From assembly GCF_000281045.1 (NCBI RefSeq), contig NW_008246158.1, forward strand, positions 43,707 to 75,961: a stretch of DNA of 32,255 nt. The letters are read 5' to 3'. Numbering within the stretch: the stretch's first letter is position 1; the number at the start of each line of letters is the position of its first letter. A model generated the notes under the pieces. It made no database searches. It saw nothing but the letters and a program-made list of their open reading frames with translations, and was not told the DNA's origin. Shown in pieces: positions 10,276 to 22,125 of this stretch. Position numbers and translations under genes: made by a program. This stretch comes from Saprolegnia diclina VS20. Its lineage: Eukaryota.

Positions 10276-11314
10276 ACATCTTGTGCAGTGTATATAAAAT
10301 TTGTAATTTCTTGGATCGTTCTTGTCTGCGTGTCCGCGTATCCGGATGCGTTCGGATGCGCGAACGGTTTCGTTTGATGCTGAACGGACGGCTGTGAAGT
10401 TCCTCGGTTGGGTCCGACATCCACTCTTCACGGTTCACCGACTTAAAAAATGGAGCCTGAGCCATTATTATATTGGCTTTTGGAGTCGGCTCGACGTCTC
10501 GAGCCGAAGTGTGGAGAGTGCTATGTCCGAGCCAACCTCAGACTACTTTTGGTGCTCGGCGCGTGGAGTACGCCATGAGGCGGACCCCTCAGAATGAAGG
10601 ACCTTGCATGTTTACCCGTGATATTCTGCGGCTTCCTCCAAGGACCAGCGCTGGCTTCGCACCACGTCAAGGGATACTATTACTACACTAGTAGCAGTGC
10701 TTGATTCTCTTGCACCAAGCAGACCTGAAGTCTATTTATTGGTTCTTGCTCGTTTGATTTCACACTATCTCTGAGCGATCAACCGACAAAGTCGATATGT
10801 CAGGTATCCACCGCACCGGAAAAAAAGTTCAGAAATGGTGTCTTTCACACAGTCGCCAGCGTTGGTGCCAGGTGCGAGTCCGCTGTAGCAGGTTCGACGT
10901 TGCACACTGTACTCTTCCAGCACCAAACCGATCTCGCACGAACGTTCGCCCAAGTCCTTTCTTCAGGCCTTTGAGCGATGGCGGCGGCTATAAATATGGG
11001 TCCGTATCCGGCACAGCGCAATATATATTCGCGTGGCCATGCAATATGCGATTGCGCAGCAATATATCGTTTCGATACCAGCACGCCGGCACACCAACGC
11101 GTGTACGCAAGCAGCACGCTATCGCTTCGTGGCGCCTACGGGTACGTTGTCGTCGAGTGCGAGGGGCGTCTTGTTGAAGGGCGCGGCCGTGCGTGTAAGG
11201 GTATGAGTCCGGATAAAGAAGCGCGGTTCAATATTATAATAAATATGAATATGTGGGTATTTTTAGCGATCTTGCCGTTTGGTGGCAGTTTGCATTTCGA
11301 CGGTCGAGACGAAG

Positions 11315-11902
11315 ATGAACATGCAGAATATGAAGTGCGTGGTCGTCGGCGACGGCGCCGTCGGGAAGACGTGCGTGCTCATCTCGTACACGACGAACGC
11401 GTTCCCGGGCGAGTACATCCCGACCGTCTTTGACAACTACAGCGCCAACGTCATGGTCGACGCCAAGCCCGTGAACCTCGGTCTCTGGGACACGGCCGGC
11501 CAGGAAGACTACGACCGGCTGCGGCCATTGAGCTACCCGCAGACCGACGTGTTCCTTATCTGCTTTAGCGTCGTGAGCCCGGCCTCGTTCGAGAACGTCA
11601 AGGCGAAATGGTACCCGGAGATCCAGCACCACGCGCCCGGCGTGCCCTTCATCCTCGTTGGCACCAAGCTCGACTTGCGCGAAGACGAAGACACGGTCGA
11701 GCGCCTGAAAGAGAAGCGGTCGGCGCCCGTCACGCACGAGATGGGCGAGGCGCTCAAGAACGAGCTCGGCGCGTTCAAGTACCTCGAGTGCTCGGCGCTC
11801 ACGCAGAAGGGCCTCAAGCAGGTGTTTGACGAAAGCATCCGCTGCGTCCTGCAGCACCAGAAGAACCCGAAGAAGAAGCGCAGCCACTGCACGATTCTAT
11901 AG
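11315..11902 (+). CDS. RAC1: Rac-type Rho GTPase, intronless (start at 11315 or 11321)
   Basis: [53 protein letters not shown], polybasic tail KNPKKKRSH and CAAX box CTIL. Confidence 0.95.
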   Translation: MNMQNMKCVVVGDGAVGKTCVLISYTTNAFPGEYIPTVFDNYSANVMVDAKPVNLGLWDTAGQEDYDRLRPLSYPQTDVFLICFSVVSPASFENVKAKWYPEIQHHAPGVPFILVGTKLDLREDEDTVERLKEKRSAPVTHEMGEALKNELGAFKYLECSALTQKGLKQVFDESIRCVLQHQKNPKKKRSHCTIL

Positions 11903-12356
11903 ACACTTCTTAATTGCCTTATCTGTATACGACCCTTATGTACCCCGACGCACATACGCATCGAGAGCGAGCTGGGTTGACCGGCAGGTTGTCACAGGAT
12001 CGCGCCAAAGTTGTCGGCCATAATGGCTCTAAGATCGCCGACTGAGATGACTTCATATTGGCAGTGTACCGTTTTGGTGGCCCGTCGATCAAGATGGCGC
12101 CGCCGTATTGCACGCAAGTTGGAGGTTACTAGTACTGGGTTTATTTTTGCGGTTCCGTGTGCTGATATTTATAGCCGACTGGCAGTTTCTGTCGGCAATA
12201 TGTGCCGGCTGCCGGTATATGTTGACTTGGGGTTTGTGAGTGGATACTTTGTTCAAGTCTAACCCGACCACTCGCTATAAATAGATTGTATCTTGAAGTT
12301 TGTATCGAGCGGGGGTTGCCTGAATCGGCGACGGTTCATTCGCGGCTTTTCCCGGT

Positions 12357-15300
12357 ATGATCCACACCACGGGCGGCGGCGGCTTCGCCACGACGACGCA
12401 GGACCTCGTCAAGCTCATCGAGACGCCGAAGGAGCACTTTGGCGACCACCTCGCAACGCTCGGAGGCATCGAAGGCGTCGCAGCCACGCTCAAGTCGTCC
12501 TTGGTCGCGGGTCTCGATAGCAACAATGCGCAGGACCTGCAGGCGCGCGAGGATGTGTTTGGTCGCAACTACATCGAGCCCGAAAAGTCCGCATCGATTC
12601 TTGAGCTCATGTGGGAAGCCTTTCACGACTCGACGATCATTGTACTGACCATTTCGGGCACCATCTCGATCATCCTGGGGTTTGCCGTGCCGCACGAAGG
12701 CGGTAGCGGGGCCGACTGGATCGAAGGAGCTTCGATTCTTGGCGCTGTCTTTCTCGTTATTACGGTCTCGGCTGTCAATGACTACCAGAAGGAGAAGCAA
12801 TTCGCGGCCCTCAACGCAATCAAGGAAGACGAGAAGATCAAGGTCATTCGCAACGGCGTACCCGCCGAAGTCTCCAAGTTCAAGCTTGTTGTCGGCGACA
12901 TCTTGCGCGTTGACCTCGGTGATATTTTGCCCGCGGACGGCCTCGTCTTTGATGAGAGCGACCTCAAGATCGACGAGTCGGCCATGACGGGCGAGACCGA
13001 CCTCATGAAGAAGACTCGCACGGGGATGGCGGCCATGTTCAGTGGCACGCGCGTGATGGAAGGCGTCGGGAAGATGCTCGTCACGTGCGTCGGGGCGCAT
13101 AGCCAGAGCGGTATCATCTCGACGCTTGTCGCGGGCAAGGGCGAAGCCGGTAAGAAGGACGAAGCCAAGAAGAACGGCCCGCGCGACGACAACTGCAAGG
13201 TGGCGCCGGCCAAACCAAAGAGCGACGACGACGAAGTGTATGAGGCGGAAGAAGAGAGCCCGCTTCAGGGCAAGCTCAACAGCCTCACGGTGGCCATTGG
13301 GAAGGCCGGCACGACCATGGCGGTCATTGTTTTCCTGGCGATGGCCGTCCGCTTCTCGATCGAGACGTTTGTCCACGAAAGTAATTCGTGGGACACCAAG
13401 TACTACTCGACGTACCTCGGGTTCTTCATCACGGCGATCACGGTGCTCGTCGTCGCGATCCCCGAGGGCCTTCCGCTGGCAGTGACGATCTCGCTCGCCT
13501 TCTCGGTCAAGAAGATGCTCAAGGACAACAACCTCGTCCGGCACTTGGACGCGTGTGAGACCATGGGCTCGGCGACCACCATTTGCTCGGACAAGACGGG
13601 CACGTTGACAACAAACCGCATGACGGTCATGCAGTGTTGGCTCGGCGGGCGCGAGTACTCGGCCGCGACGCAGCTCCTTGGCGAGATCTCGGATTCGATG
13701 AAGGAGGCGTTCAGCCACAGCATTTGCCTCAACTCGACCGCTGAGATCCTTCCGCCCAAACGTGACACTCTTGCAAGATGGCGGTAGCTCATGACTCGGA
13801 ATCTCTAGTGCCGGGGCAGCCGTTCGAGCACACGGGCAACAAGACCGAGTGCGCGCTTCTCACCTTTTGCAAGGAGCTCGGCATCGACTACAGCAACGTC
13901 CGCAAGGAGCAGCCCATTCAGCATATGCTCACGTTCAGCAGCAAGAAGAAGCGCATGAGTGTCGTCGCCAAGCGAGGTACGCGCTAAACGTATGGCCATG
14001 TGTCCGACACAACGATCGCGGTTAGGTGTCAACGCGCGAGTCTTTTGCAAGGGTGCGACCGAAGTAGTCTTGGGTCTGTGCAGTAAGATGAAGCGTCTCG
14101 ACGGCAGCGTCGCTGAGCTCTCGGCCGCCGATAAAGAAGAGATTGGCGAGAAGATCATCGACAAGTACGCAAGCCAAGGGTACCGCACCCTTTGCCTTGC
14201 GATCCGGGACCTCGACATCTCTTGCGACCAAGTCAAGACGTGGTCCGATGACGACATTGAGACGGACCTTACATGCATTGCGATCGTCGGCATCGAAGAC
14301 CCGGTGCGCCCCGAGGTGCCCGAGGCCATCCGGCTCTGCCACCGCGCCGGCATCATCGTGCGCATGGTGACCGGCGACAACATCATGACGGCGCGCTCGA
14401 TCGCGGGCAAGTGCGGGATTCTCAAGGCTGGCGACAACGCGCTCACAATGGAGGGCTCCGAGTTCCGGAAGCGCGTCCTCGACAGCAACGGCAAGATCAT
14501 CCAGTCCGAGTTTGATAAGATCTGGCCGCACCTCCGCGTCCTTGCGCGCTCTTCGCCCAAGGACAAGTACACGCTCGTGACGGGTCTCAAGCAGACCAAG
14601 CTCATGCCGTACGGGCCGCAGGTCATCGCCGTCACGGGCGACGGCACGAACGACGCACCGGCGCTCAAAAAGGCGAATGTGGGCTTCGCCATGGGGATCT
14701 GCGGCACGGCGGTCGCCAAAGATGCGTGCGACATTATCTTGATGGACGACAACTTCACCTCGATCGTCAACGCCGTCAAGTGGGGCCGCAACGTCTACGA
14801 CTCGATCGCCAAGTTTCTCCAGTTCCAAATCACCGTCAACTTTGTCGCGGTCATGCTCGCGGTGCTCGGTGCGCTCATTCTCGAAGAGTCGCCGCTGAGT
14901 GCGATCCAGCTGCTCTGGGTCAACTTGATCATGGACACATTTGCGTCGCTAGCGCTCGCGACCGAACCACCGACGGCCGCGCTCCTCGAACGCCGGCCGT
15001 ACTCGCGGACAAAGCCGCTTCTGAGTCGCTTGATGGTCAAGCACATTGTGTGCCAGGGCCTCTTCCAGCTCATCGTGCTGCTCATCATGCTCTTCCAGGG
15101 CGAAGTCATCTTCGATGTGCCCTCCGGGCGTCGGGACGACATCCAGGGCTCGGACAAGCGCTCGATTCACTTTACGATGCTCTTCAACACCTTTGTGTTC
15201 ATGCAGCTCTTCAACGAGCTCAACTGCCGCAAAATCAACGACGAAGTCAACATCTTTGTCGGTCTCCTCGACAACGCTCTCTTCTGCGGCATCTCGGTCG

Positions 15301-15572
15301 TCCAAGTGTTCTTTCAAGTGCTCATTGTGCAGTTTGGCGGCGTCCCGTTCAAATGCCTCCCGCTCAACGGCGCGCAGTGGGGCTACTGCATCTTCATCGG
15401 CGCCTTGTCGCTGCCACTGGGCCTGCTCTTCCGCTGCCTCCGTCTCCCTCGCTGGATGTCCTTTGTGCTCTTTGACGACGAAGGCGCCTCGGAGGCTGAA
15501 ATGAGCCAGTGGGTCCGCGGTCTCAAGCGCGTTCGGCAGCAAATGGAGACGTCGCTCTTCAAGGCAAAGTGA
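12357..15572 (+). CDS. P-type IIB Ca2+-transporting ATPase (PMCA/ACA-like); introns 13762-13808 and 13977-14025
   Basis: DESAMTGE, PEGLPLAVT, CSDKTGT phosphorylation site, KGATE, MVTGDN, TGDGTNDAPALK, LLWVNLIMDT. The two GT-AG introns restore the frame. Confidence 0.95.
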
Positions 15573-15853
15573 CGAGACGTAGGCTCCCTTTATACACCCT
15601 ACATGGAGACATAAACTACCCATCAATGTATATATATATATGTATGTGCACATAGTTGTCGTGAATACACGGACAAGAGTGAACATTTGCCGATTTTAAT
15701 ATTATAAACGGTATATGCCGTTTTTAATGCCGCGCGGGTGCCTATTTTAATTTAAATCAGGCATGTGCCGATTATAAGTCTGACGTGGCATACCTCTGAC
15801 AATGCATATTTTGAATATCGGGTTGTAGAGAGAAACTTCATTTTACCGATTTG

Positions 15854-18291
15854 ATGGCGACGACTAGCGTGGACCTCCTCGCCGAGCTGCAAGGCCACTT
15901 GGAGCGCGATGCGTACCAGAAGGCCATTGACGTCTGCAACAAGAGTACGGCCGCATGCGTCTCTGGCCATGGCGTCTCATGCGCTCCTACGTAGTCGTGG
16001 CGGCAACGCCCAATGAGGCGGCGGCGTACAAGGCCAAAACGATTGCGCTCATCCGCTTGAACAAGGTATGGTCGCCACCGCTGCATGGCTGCGCTCACGC
16101 TTTCGACCATATAGCTGGACAAGGCGCTGGAGGTGGCACAGCGCTTCGACTACCTCAAGATGGAAGCGGCCTACTGCCACTACAAGCTCAAGCGCGTAGG
16201 ATGCAAGATGATGGACAACGCGTTGCTGACGCGTGGGCGTAGGAGACCAAGACGCTGGAGATCCTTGCGACGGTGCCCGAGAAGACGCCGGCGGTCTTGC
16301 ACTTGCAAGCGCAGGCGGTACGACGAATCGATCTCTCGCCACAACGCTCTTATCGCTTGCGTAGCACTACCGCCTCAACCAGTTTGACGCCGTCATCTCG
16401 ATCTACGAGGCGCTTCTTGCGCAAGCGGCGCCGTCGGACGATACGGTCGAGCTCAAAACCAACTTGATCGCGGCCTACACGGCTGCCGGTCGCGGCGCCG
16501 AGCTCGCGGGCCGCCACAGCTTGACGACCGACGACAGCTACGAGATTGCGTTCAACAAGTCGTTCGTGGCGCTGCAGAGCGGCGACGTATCGACGGCGGC
16601 CGCCCACGTTGCCGACGCCGACCGTACGCCTCCCCATCCTCGACCTGTCCAGTAACCCCTCGTAGGTCTGTGCCGGTTGACGCTCGCCAACGACGGGTGC
16701 TCGCCGGCCGAGATTGAGCAGGAGGCGCTCGTCGTCGCCGTTCAGCGTGCCTACGTGCTCCAGCTCCAGGGACGCGACGACGACGCGCTCGCCGGCTACA
16801 CCCACGTCATCCAGGCCAAGTACGTCCCCATCCATCTACTTTGAATCTCATGTCGCTGCAGGCCGTCGGACGCGACTCTCGTGGCCGTCGCCAGCAACAA
16901 CCTTGCGACGCTGCAAAAGCACCACGACCTCTTCGACTCGATCAAGCGGCTCAAGGCCATTTCGAGCGAGACGCTGACGACCAAGTGCTCGCCCGCGCAG
17001 CACGAAGCGGTCCTCGCCAACCTCGCGCTGCTCTGGTCTTGGATGAAAAAGGTATCTACTTGGTCGCCGCTCTTATGACGATGACGTTAGCCGGACGAGA
17101 CGCGCGAGGTGCTTGCCGCGCTCAAGACGGCGTTCCCGGCCACGGCGCTCGCCGCGCCCATCCAGCTCCACGCAGTGCTGGGCTCAAGCGAGTCTGCGCC
17201 GTCGTCGGAGGCGCTCGCCCGCGCCCGCGCGACGTTCGAGGTAATACCTCGGCCGTGCCAATACCAGATCTGATATATCTCAGGCGGATGCGAGTATCAA
17301 CGGCCGGCTCTGCCTCGCCCATGTCCTCGTCCTCTTGAAGGAGTTTGGGGTCGCGGCCGACACGCTGCGCTCGATCGCCGAGATCGCCCACAGCGCCGGT
17401 ACACAAGCCGAGCGATATCCATTGGTGACGCGCCGACGTAGGCACGGTGGCCACGCTCGTTGCGCTCTACGACCGCGCGGGCAACGCGGGCGCCAGCCAA
17501 AGCGTGCTCCACGATGCGCTTGCGTTCCATGCAGCCCGCGATGCCACGTCATTGGAAGCGCGTGCGATCGAGGTTGAAGCTCGATACATTGATACTTGTT
17601 GGCCTATCGCTGGGTCTAGGAAGGCGATGGCGCGTATCAGCTGGCGCAGGGCAACTACGCGGCAGCGGCCACGCGCTTCGAGAGCCTCCTCTCGACGGGC
17701 GCGCTCACGCCTGAGATGCGCCTCCGCTGCCTCGCCAAGCTCGTCGTCGCCTTGTACGCTTCCTCCGCGGTTACGGTGGACGCCTGATGCGATCATAGGT
17801 CGTTTGTGGACGCGTCGGCGGCCGAGGCCCGCAGCAGCCTCCTCCCGACCATCGCGGCCGCGTCGACGGACCCCGAGGCGCTCATCAAGGCGCGGTCGCA
17901 CAAGCGGGCGACGGCGATCCCGGCGGCGCCGACGAGCAAGAAGCGCGCGGCCGACAACCCGGAGCGCATCGCGCGCAAGCGGGCGGCGCGCCGCGCCAAG
18001 CACATTGAGGCGCTCAAGGCCAAGCCCGACTACAACCCGCTCATCCCGCTCCTCAAGCCCGACCCCGAGCGCTGGATCCCGCGCAAGCAGCGGTCGCGCG
18101 GCAACCGGCGCAACCGCAACAAGTTTGTCGGCGCGCAGGGCTCGGGCATGGGCTCGCAGAAGGACGCGGCCAAGCTCGACGCCGCAGCGCGCGCGGCCGC
18201 CAAGAAGGTGGCGCCCGTCGAGGCCAAGGGCCGCGTTGTCACGGGCCCGTCAGCCATGGAGCGCAAGGCCGCCGCCCGCAAGCGCCGCTAG
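15854..18291 (+). CDS. SRP72: Signal recognition particle subunit SRP72, about 12 exons
   Basis: N-terminal TPR-like exons (YKAKTIALIRLNK, EAAYCHYKL, LHLQAQA, DSYEIAFNKS, VAVASNNL) and the C-terminal SRP72 RNA-binding motif KPDPERWIPRKQRS followed by a basic tail. About 11 short GT-AG introns, the first at 15945-15994. Confidence 0.9.
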
Positions 18292-18452
18292 ATACTCGCA
18301 CGCTTCGATTACCTTGCCTCCTGCACTAAAGAACCACGTCTGTGTCCAGTTTGTGCCCTGTCCGTGTCTTGTCCGTGTCGCGTCGCCTGCAGTCGGTCGT
18401 CGATGGAGAGGAGGGATGCTACGTCGTCGTCTTGTTCTCTATTACATCCTGC

Positions 18453-18899
18453 TTACACGGTCGTGAAGCGCGGGGCCTTGTCGCGGAGGTAGTAGAGCTT
18501 GGCGCGCCGGACCTTCTTCTTGCCGTTCGAGATGAACTTCTCCTTGAGCACCTTGACGGAGTGCAGGAGCGGCGAGTGGATAAAGATCTTTTGCTCGTAG
18601 CCGCACTCGGCGATGTGGTTGCGGATGATGAAGGAGCTCGAGAGGCCGCGGTTGCGCTCGCCGATGACGACGCCCTTGACGCGCTGGATCTTGGTCGTCG
18701 TCTTGTTGAGGAGCATCTCGACCTCGACGGCGTCGCCGGGCTTGAACTTGCCGAGGTGGTTGCGGGCAAAGCTCTTGGCGACCTCCTCTTCGTTGAGCTG
18801 CTGCATGAGGTGCGCAGCGCGCTTCGCCGGGTGCTTGAGCTTCCCGCTGAACTGTGGCACGGCCGTCGAGAAGCTCCGCGAGATGATCGAGCGCAGCAT
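18453..18899 (-). CDS. MRPL19: Mitochondrial ribosomal protein L19 (bL19m)
   Basis: Presequence-like N-terminus MLRSIISRSFSTA, followed by FKPGDAVEV, GVVIGERNRGLSSSFIIRN, IHSPLL and KVRRAKLYYLRD, typical of L19. Confidence 0.93.
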   Translation of the reverse strand: MLRSIISRSFSTAVPQFSGKLKHPAKRAAHLMQQLNEEEVAKSFARNHLGKFKPGDAVEVEMLLNKTTTKIQRVKGVVIGERNRGLSSSFIIRNHIAECGYEQKIFIHSPLLHSVKVLKEKFISNGKKKVRRAKLYYLRDKAPRFTTV

Positions 18900-19770
18900 G
18901 GTTCTGGAATGGCAGCCAAACGCTTGGCGTCGATGGGCCTTGGATTATTGCCAATGGCATCGCGCCATCGTATTTGTTTTAGCCAATGGCCTCGCGTTAT
19001 TAATCATTGTTTTATTTGCGATACCAACATCAAGTAATGATTATTGCGTCTATTATATTAATTTGAATCGTTTTGGCCAATCCAAAGGTAGGAAACAGGG
19101 TCCGCCAATGCACGTCCAGCGTGTCGACCATCGCCCAATCAAATCGCACATTGTTAAATTCGGCACATGGACGATGGCGTGGCACCTCGAACGTCGTCGT
19201 CTCGCGCTGACGAACGGCAGCACGGCCATTGAGTGGGACAAGCGTGATACTATGGCAGATGTATACATCCTGCAATATACCCTTGTGGTCGCATCTTACT
19301 TTGCTTGCATGGACGAAGGAGCGCAACGTTGGGAGCGGCTTCGCCAGACTTCGGCTCACTATAATGGTTGCATAGATACGGCTGCAACTGTCATCCCAGC
19401 TCATCTATATGTCGCAAGTACTTGGCTCAAATACGCTCAGGCTATTGCCAGGAATGATCTTTATATCGCTGCCCACAGTCGGGCCCTCCGAGGTGCTTGC
19501 CGACGCAAAGGCGCAGGCGCTGGTTGACGCAATGGCCTGCCAAGAAATGGCGGCATCTGCCACATCCAAGACAGCCAATCCTGGATGGCATCACGCTTGA
19601 AATCAGCCAATCACAATCGATGTCTTGCGTCATACAATGAAAAAACAACAGAAGCATACAAATATCAAGGTATCCCTTCATATTATGCGCGAGCTATTTC
19701 AGCCAATGGCCTTGCGCATATCCAGGGACGCCAGGAAGCTTCGCATTCCCCAACTCGCCCGACTGCCACC

Positions 19771-20025
19771 ATGATTGACCGTGCCCTGAACGCGCTTCCG
19801 ATCCGCGAGGGCGGCAAGGTCTTCGTCGGCGTCGTCCTCGGCCTTGGCATCTGCGCCGCGCCCATGGTCTACAGTACGTTCGCCTTCTCTTCCTCCTCTC
19901 TCGTGCCAACGGTTGCTCGACTAGAGACGCGCCGGGGCCACGACCTCTTCTCGCAGGAGAAGCCCCAAGCCATCTACGATGCCGAGATCAAGCAGCAGTT
20001 TGGCGACATCAAGAAGGAAGAGTAA
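19771..20025 (+). CDS. 67-aa single-transmembrane microprotein of unknown function (intron 19874-19924)
   Basis: MIDRALNALPIREGGKVFVGVVLGLGICAAPMVYK-TRRGHDLFSQEKPQAIYDAEIKQQFGDIKKEE. Good start context (GCCACCATG), host-like codon usage, canonical GTACGT...CTAG intron, INR-like CGCATTCC upstream. Confidence 0.75.
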   Translation: MIDRALNALPIREGGKVFVGVVLGLGICAAPMVYSTFAFSSSSLVPTVARLETRRGHDLFSQEKPQAIYDAEIKQQFGDIKKEE

Positions 20026-20090
20026 ATCGTCATACTATGCATAGAACCCATGTTGTCTTATTGTCGACTTATGCCGCATGCCAGGAACGT

Positions 20091-21748
20091 TTAGTCGGTC
20101 TTGTTGGCGTCGCCCCACGCTTGGACTGCCGCTAGGAAGGCGCCGATACCTGCAGCCGCCATCATGAGTCCTCGTCGTCCTCGACATGCGCGTACCGTCG
20201 CCGCGCATGAGCTGCGCGTGCCCGGCGTTGGCGTTCAAGCCAAAGTTGCTCAGAATCCCGTTAAAGTTGGACGAGTTGAGCGCGTGGCTGAGCGCGCCGA
20301 CGCACTGCCGCAGCTGCGGCGTCCGCGTCGTCGAGAGCAGCTCGTGCGGGTTCTGCAGCGTCTCGGGCAGCAGTGGCAGCAGCGCCGCCTGCACCTGAGC
20401 GTCCTGAAGCAGCGCAGTGACCGCCGCCTGCTGCAGAAGCGCCGTGATCGACACAGGGCGCGTCGGTGCTTGTTGCACCTAGCCATACAGCGTACGTTGG
20501 TGGTGTTTTGGATCTTCCCATCTACGTTGAGGGCGGCGGCCATTGCGCGCTGCAGGTCGGCCAGCTGGATCGACGGGGCGGCCGGCGTCGGGACGGTGGT
20601 CGGTGCAGGGACAGGGGCTGAGGGCGACACTACAGATCAAGAATGGTTGAGAAAGGGAAATCGATTTCGAGTGTTATCGGCTAGGGCGACTGCGGACCTT
20701 CGGTATCGTGGGCCGCGTCGTCCTGGACGTCGCGCATGCTCTCTTCGATCGCCAAGCGCAAAAGCTCTTCCTCCGTCATGTCCTCCATGTTGACGTCTTC
20801 GTCGTCTTCGTCGTCCTCGTCTTCGTGGGGCGATGTCGGGACGGCCGACGGCGCAGGCGACGTCACGGCCGACGCGGTCGCTACACAAGCATCATCATGA
20901 GCCATCGTATGGTTCATAGCCCATATTGCATCGTACAAGGGTTGGCACTCGCGCCCGTGCTGCTGCCCGGCGGCATCCCCATGTGCTGCAAGATCTGCTG
21001 GAGTTCGGCCATCTGCACCGTGCTCGAGCCCGCGCCATCGCCCGCGCCGTTGCTAATCGCCCTACCATGACCACCATTGAGGGCACATGTGCAACACGAA
21101 GTAGGGTACCCGAGCATTTGCATGATGGCGTTGTGGTCCAGAGGCGCGTTCGGGTCACTGCCATTGGCATTGCCACGGCGCGAGGCGCCCGACGCCGGCG
21201 CCGCCGTCTGCGCCGTGTTCATGAGCTCGTCCACCTTTTTGGCTTGCTCGGCATCCTTCGAGCTGTCCTTGTTCTACGATCCAGCTTGCGTGAGCGACGA
21301 CATGCCTATGGGAATCTGACCTGCATCCAGAAGAGGAATCGCCGCGGCGAGCCCTTGTACTGAAGGACGTAGACACGGTCGTCGGCGCGGCCCGTGTCGA
21401 CCTTCTGAAACGAGGCGTCGTTGGGAAAGATGATAAAGTCCTAGTTCGCCCACCATGAGCCATCCGAGAAGGCGGCAAGCGTGGGCTCTACATCAGCGAC
21501 GACGCCCGTCGTGCGGTTCTTCCACTTGAAGTGGAGCAGCTGGTCGTCTTCGCGGACGAGGAGGATCTTGCCCTTCTGGAGGTCGGGCGTCACGACGAGC
21601 TTGGTGCTGCCGGCCTCCTTGGGCGTCGCCGTCATCTTGCCAGCGTTGAACTCCACCAAGGACGCCTACATGACGGGCTAAGGCCATGCTCATGGCCTTC
21701 CTCGCCGCCTACCCGCGCGCCGCCCGTCGTGCCAAAAGCCGGAAACAT
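20091..21748 (-). CDS. RPN13: Proteasomal ubiquitin receptor Rpn13/ADRM1, multi-exon
   Basis: MFPAFGTTGGAR, intron 21666-21712, then ASLVEFNAGKMT...VVTPDLQKG...LLHFKWKNR...IIFPNDASF...RRFLFWMQ (Pru domain). C-terminal LLPLLPE...TPQLRQCVGALSHAL...GIGAFLAAV is DEUBAD/UCH37-binding-like. Confidence 0.9.
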
Positions 21749-22125
21749 GCTGCTATCGTACGGACACAAATGCGAAATGGGATCTGCTTCGAAAGGGACG
21801 CCTCCGGATTGGACAAATATCTGACGATTTCGGCGAATCAAAAGGCGCCATTAAGGGATCCTCCCAGCTCGCCCGATGCGACCGGGCCAAGCAGCGCTGG
21901 CGCGTGAGCAATGGGCCTGCAGTCGGCTCATGCGACTAGCAATGTACAAGACTACAATCCCTACGTGCTATCGCAGGCCCTTCACGGACCTTATCCTATG
22001 CCCATGGTATGACCGTGGCGTCGTTGCTGCCGGCAGTCCGCATGATGGGCTCGAGACGACATGGAGCTCGCATCGTAGCGGCGGAAGCCAGGGCTGATGG
22101 ACATCAAGTAGCGCAAAGCGGCGGC

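Noticed and set aside
11015..11070. Three GCAATAT units upstream of RAC1
   Set aside because: Possibly regulatory, but low-complexity and without independent support.
1..15572. Signalling cluster of the voltage-sensor protein, kinase, Rac and Ca2+ pump
   Set aside because: Adjacency alone in a gene-dense eukaryotic genome gives no evidence of a functional unit.
15629..15641. (TA)6 microsatellite in the Ca2+-ATPase 3' region
   Set aside because: Ordinary short AT-rich 3' UTR tract.
19030..19700. ORF fragments between MRPL19 and the microprotein gene
   Set aside because: Lower GC, no host codon bias and no recognisable domain or convincing splice model.
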